This document shows positions 62,982 through 64,000 of a DNA stretch of 64,000 nucleotides, piece after piece; positions within the stretch are counted from its first letter, which is position 1, and each line of letters starts with the position of its first letter. The DNA comes from Sphingobacteriales bacterium (GTDB taxonomy: Bacteria; Bacteroidota; Bacteroidia; NS11-12g; UBA9320): assembly GCA_043511425.1 (NCBI GenBank), contig CP121331.1, forward strand, positions 1,450,992-1,514,991, in the 5' to 3' direction. The notes under the pieces are model-generated. The model saw only the letters and a list, made by a program, of their open reading frames with translations, was not told where the DNA came from and did not search any database. The translations under genes were made by a program, and so were the position numbers.

Positions 62982-63600
62982 ATTTTTTTTTGATGACCGG
63001 CGTATACTTGGTGCTGTTATATCCTACAGACTGAAATGCCGATTGGAATCCGTGAAGTAAGTGAAGTGAAAGCATCACAAAAGAAAGAACGTACAACCCT
63101 ACTCTGACTGGCTGTCCTGCAAACTTGTGCACTAGCTCCTCGTAGTATCGATACTCATCTTCTCCCGGAAGCATACCGCTCATATCACCGTTTATGTATT
63201 TTGTATTGATCTCTGGGATCCAAAAATCATAGAAGTGTAGTGCTAAAAATGCAAGTACTGCTAATCCTGAGATTATCATATTACGACTCATCCAACTAGC
63301 GTTTGCACTACCTGAGTACATCGCATATTTCACTTCACGTGCTTGATTATTCTGATACTCCAAGTACATTCCCCAAGCAAAGTGAAAAATTACAGAAAAA
63401 ATAAGAATGGGCTGTAGCGCAAGCTGAACAATAGGGTTCGTTCCCATAAAATGAGAAACCTCATTGAACAAGTCTGGGCTAAAAACAGACATCATATTAA
63501 TACTCAAATGCTGGAGCAAAAAGAACATCAAAAAGAATCCGGTCAGTGCCATTATCACTTTCCTTCCTATACTCGTTAAACCTTGTTTTTTGGTTGACAT
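62962..63600 (-). CDS. sdhC: Succinate dehydrogenase cytochrome b subunit (b558 family); the C-terminus may be truncated
   Basis: 212 aa. [22 protein letters not shown], two-His pattern (FHFAWG, LHLLHGF) and five TM helices. It ends ..[14 protein letters not shown] and overlaps sdhA by 20 nt. Confidence 0.8.
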   Translation of the reverse strand: MSTKKQGLTSIGRKVIMALTGFFLMFFLLQHLSINMMSVFSPDLFNEVSHFMGTNPIVQLALQPILIFSVIFHFAWGMYLEYQNNQAREVKYAMYSGSANASWMSRNMIISGLAVLAFLALHFYDFWIPEINTKYINGDMSGMLPGEDEYRYYEELVHKFAGQPVRVGLYVLSFVMLSLHLLHGFQSAFQSVGYNSTKYTPVIKKKFGKPCQ

Positions 63601-63945
63601 AATTATTACTTATAAAACGACAAATTTAACATAGTGTTTAGAAGAGAGTTAACTTTATTTCAATATTAAAAGCGTTCTAAATAGAACCCCAGTACTATCG
63701 CCTGCACTACTCCTCGCTTCTTTGAGAATGATTAACTGACACTAAAGCGGCCTCTGCATCCTTCACTACACTTTTTTCAACACTGCAAACCGAGCATTTA
63801 TACCAAACAGCTCACTGCATACTGCTCAACTCACAGCCCCTGATTCCCGTCATTCTTCACGACTCGACTCTACTTGCTCGCATATTTTCGTGTGTTTTAT
63901 CCACTCTGTTTGAATTTAATAAAAATGTAAGTCACATTTGCCGCG

Positions 63946-64000
63946 ATGTACAAGATCCTTAGAAGCATATTTTTTCTTCTTTCACCAGAAAAAGCCCACT
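63946..64000 (+). CDS. pyrD: Probable start of quinone-dependent dihydroorotate dehydrogenase (first 18 codons only)
   Basis: ATG at 63946. MYKILRSIFFLLSPEKAH matches the conserved PyrD class 2 N-terminus (MYK.L.RP.LF...PE.AH). It is too short to be certain. Confidence 0.45.
   Translation, partial: MYKILRSIFFLLSPEKAH

Overview
This is a chromosomal window from a Bacteroidota genome, probably Flavobacteriia-like. The evidence for that placement is several T9SS C-terminal sorting domains, a SusC/SusD pair, an alternative complex III operon, b558-type sdhCAB and TAnnTTTG -7 promoter boxes. All product names come from motifs I recognised by eye; no database search was possible.

Gene content is mostly housekeeping:
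- phoH, actABCDEF (ACIII), a split YeeE/YedE transporter pair, a DEAD-box helicase, a soluble acyl-ACP desaturase, a glutathione peroxidase
- groES-groEL, secG, an lptE-like gene, a sigma-54 activator, sppA, a T9SS-secreted endonuclease I
- purB, an SDR, two tandem-Usp proteins, a LEA_2 lipoprotein, dnaE, a CPBP protease, recG
- a PKD/T9SS surface protein, a minimal susC-susD-SGBP cassette, ribE, sdhCAB and the first codons of pyrD

I saw no tRNA, rRNA, CRISPR array, transposase, integrase or recognisable defence system, so the window does not look like an accessory island.

The most unusual property is the number of conserved genes that are interrupted. actC, actE and susC carry clean in-frame stops. 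An OMP gene, dnaE, susC, ribE, sdhB and sdhA carry single-base frameshifts, five of the six in or next to homopolymers (the ribE site is not an obvious run). One T9SS paralog has a net 20-nt deletion, and the sdhC/sdhA junction may carry a deletion. Consensus error and genuine gene decay cannot be separated from the sequence alone.

Other structure not explained by the genes:
- a tandem pair of T9SS paralogs with complementary defects and a near-identical 222-nt tract
- roughly 180-bp direct repeats (a gene 3' end plus its terminator) bracketing the susCD cassette
- a 110-123-bp tandem repeat carrying terminator hairpins directly after groEL
- a roughly 120-nt four-way-junction-like inverted repeat between sdhB and ribE
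- a 45-bp duplication of the ywbE 5' end
- a perfect 10+10 palindrome upstream of the yeeE pair
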